NCBI RefSeq assembly: GCF_000143415.4
Contig: NW_003314261.1
Location: forward strand, 2,491,266 to 2,555,265
Length of the DNA: 64,000 nt
From: Selaginella moellendorffii
Lineage: Eukaryota; Plantae; Lycopodiophyta
Reading direction: 5' to 3'
The position numbers and the translations under genes are program-made. This document shows, piece after piece, positions 61,859-64,000 of the stretch. The stretch's first letter is position 1; every line of letters starts with the position of its first letter. The notes beneath the pieces are model-generated. The model had not been told where the DNA came from. It was given only the letters and a program-made list of their open reading frames with translations, and did not search any database.

Positions 61859-62774
61859 TCAAGCGCCATTACCATTCCCAGAGGCGTCCGCCGCCGCCGC
61901 CTCCGCCGCCTCTTTGCGCTTGGCATCCATCTCCGCTTGGATTTGGGCCTCCACATCGGCGATGTTGACGAGCTTGTGCTCGTTAAATGCTGCGCCCTCG
62001 GAGAGGAGGAATTTGAAGACGTCCTCGCCCTCGATGCCCTTTGTTCTCGCGAGATAGAGCGGCGTGAGGCCATACTTGTCTTCCCGGTTGATCTTGCCGC
62101 CGAATTGGACGAGCAGGCCTTGGATCGATCAAGGAGTAGCAAAAGAAGTGGGAGAAGAAGAAGAAGAAGAAGACCATGGAAGGATACGGACAATGGGTAA
62201 GCTTCCAGCTCTGGCCGCCCAGTGGAGAGCAGTTCTGCAATGCAAGGAAACGATCATCTCATCATCTTCTTCCTAGAGAGAAAGTTTCCCCAAATCAGTA
62301 GCGAAATTTCTTTGACCATGTCTGTGACGAATCCACTCTTTGTACCTGCTCGTGTGCGTGTCTTGCGCATTGATGCTGGCGCCTAGCTTGATGAGATCCT
62401 CGCAAATCTTGAGATGGTTGCAATCGGACGCCCAGATCAGCGCGGTTCTTCCATACCGATCCTACACTTCCATTTGGATGAATCGAGACAGAGGAAGAAT
62501 TTAGGCGATGCCATACCTTGGCATCGGCATCGAAATCCTTGTCCTTGGAGAACTTGAGCACCGCCCGGTGATCGCCAATCTCCGCGGCATCGAAGATGTT
62601 CTTGGGCGGCGCGCCGCGGCCGTGGAGATCGTAGATCGCAAACTGGCGCGTGGGGAGCTTGTTGGCCGCCTCGGACTTGCGCACCTGCTCCTGAGCTTGT
62701 GCCTGGAGGATCGCGGCCTCCTCCTTCTTGGATTGCTGCCGCCGCCGCTCCATGGCCCTCTCCTTATCGTCCAT
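61859..62774 (-). CDS. Small ankyrin-repeat protein (4 exons, third intron U12-type)
   Basis: NIFDAAEIGD; DRYGRTALIWASDCNHLKICEDLIKLGASINAQD; TALHWAARAGSLPIVR; LLVQFGGKINREDKYGLTPLYLA...GNGA*. Confidence 0.85.
62119..62187 (-). other. U12-type (minor spliceosome) GT-AG intron
   Basis: 5' site GTATCCTTC; branch box TCCTTGAT ending 9 nt before the intron end; removing it restores the ankyrin reading frame. Confidence 0.8.
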
Positions 62775-63548
62775 GCCGTCCCGAAGAACCCTAAAACGGT
62801 TGTCCCATGAAATTCAAACTGCCCGCCAAATGGGTAACGAATATGCTCAATTTTAAAGCCTTAACCCAACCCTAACCCTACATTCGCCTAGAAATTGGGG
62901 CTCTTTATAAAAGACGGCAAGGTGTGTCTTTAAGCCGGTTGACCGTGTCGAGAGTTCTATTTTCGTGGCCGAGAATGTCAAGGAAAATGTCTCAAAGTGG
63001 GATCAGCACTACGGCACTTTGTTTTTTTGTATCCATGTCATTCGTCTCTCGCTCTAGTTCAAAGGGTCAAAATTTTCAGGCTCAAAGCAGATGATTCCAC
63101 GAGAACAATGTGAGACACGAAATCGCGATGAATTGCGCTCGCTCTTTCCATCTCATCTCGCGGGGGGAGGTGGAAATCGTCGACCTTTGTTTGCTGGAGG
63201 AAATGAGACAAGAAGAAGTTGAAGAAACGGACGCAAAGAACACAAGGTACACCGATTTTTTCTTTTCGCCTTTTATTTTTTTCTTTGGTGAGGAGTTTTA
63301 ATTGGATTTGCCAATCAGCAGTAGCTTAGGCACTGACGTTCTTACGTCTTAGAAAGAACACGCAATATGATCCAAAAAAGCGCAGATTATTTTATCCAAG
63401 GAGAAGAAAAAACTGCGAATCGAACTCGCCAAAATTGGATTTTTAGAAACAATATCTATGCGAAGACGAATGAATGAATGAACGAACAAGAGAAAAACGA
63501 TAGACAGCTTTCCTTCTCCCGGGGAGGAAGAAAGAAGAACACTGATTG

Positions 63549-64000
63549 CTATGACGGAGGAGGGGGACGAGGATCGCTCTCCTCCTCCTCGTCGAGTTCG
63601 AATGGATTGAAGCTCTGCTCGTGATGCCATTCTTGCGAGAACAAGTTCTCGATCATCTGCTGCTGCTGCTGCTGATGCTGATGCTGCTGCTGCCGGAGCA
63701 AATGATGCTGCAAAAGAATCTCTTGCCGCCTGCGCTGCTGCTCTTGATGCTGTGGATCCTGTTCTTCCACTCCAAATCGCGGCAGCTGGGCTAGGCTCTG
63801 CTGGATTTGTTGCTGGCGATGGATCTGCTGCTCGTGAATCTGGGTTTGCTGGGCCTGCTGGAGCTGCTGCTGCTGCTGGGAGGAGAATCCGACGGATGGC
63901 GATTGCTGGAGGAATGGCGGGCGATAGCCAAGAACCCTAAGTTGCTCCTGCTGGAGCACCGATGCGTGGAACAAGCTCTGCGCGCTCTGCGGCCATGCGA
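63549..64000 (-). CDS. C-terminal Gln-rich part of a protein (possibly a transcription factor); 5' part lies outside the window
   Basis: Frame is open to the window edge; poly-Q tracts; ends FNPFELDEEEESDPRPPPPS*. Confidence 0.55.
   Translation of the reverse strand, partial: AWPQSAQSLFHASVLQQEQLRVLGYRPPFLQQSPSVGFSSQQQQQLQQAQQTQIHEQQIHRQQQIQQSLAQLPRFGVEEQDPQHQEQQRRRQEILLQHHLLRQQQHQHQQQQQQMIENLFSQEWHHEQSFNPFELDEEEESDPRPPPPS

Overview
Gene-dense plant nuclear DNA with very short (~50-80 nt) introns and tiny intergenic gaps. It contains a centriole gene (OFD1), so it most plausibly comes from a compact-genome plant with flagellated sperm such as the lycophyte Selaginella (inference). About 20 spliced protein-coding genes are recognisable: a hevein+EG45/PNP-like fusion, DUF2301, DUF630/632, TIM23, OFD1, ZNF830-like, MED28, a KH protein, an RVE-type MYB, an AKRP-like ankyrin protein, a WAK/LRK10L kinase, an alkenal reductase, a BRCT-PHD protein, TMEM205, OPT, quinolinate synthase, a second ankyrin protein and several small secreted or membrane proteins. 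There are also pseudogenes (F-box/LRR, PPR, scrambled alkenal reductase, SPH-like). An 18.5-kb retrotransposon island (27546-46020) holds two copies of an unusual compact Ty3/gypsy family A, with ~175-bp LTRs, a 4-bp TSD, a tRNA-Ala PBS, and a GGGAAAC slippery site plus pseudoknot for -1 frameshifting. The second copy contains a nested non-chromovirus gypsy B that carries an intact extra 665-aa ORF. The nest was afterwards cut by a blunt, loss-free 6.67-kb inversion (39303-45973). Other highlights: an apparently single-hairpin H/ACA snoRNA with a perfect 25S rRNA guide pocket (885-949), a U12-type intron, an evening-element/G-box cluster upstream of the clock MYB, and two gene pairs only 54-56 bp apart. 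All calls come from reading the sequence; no database search was run.
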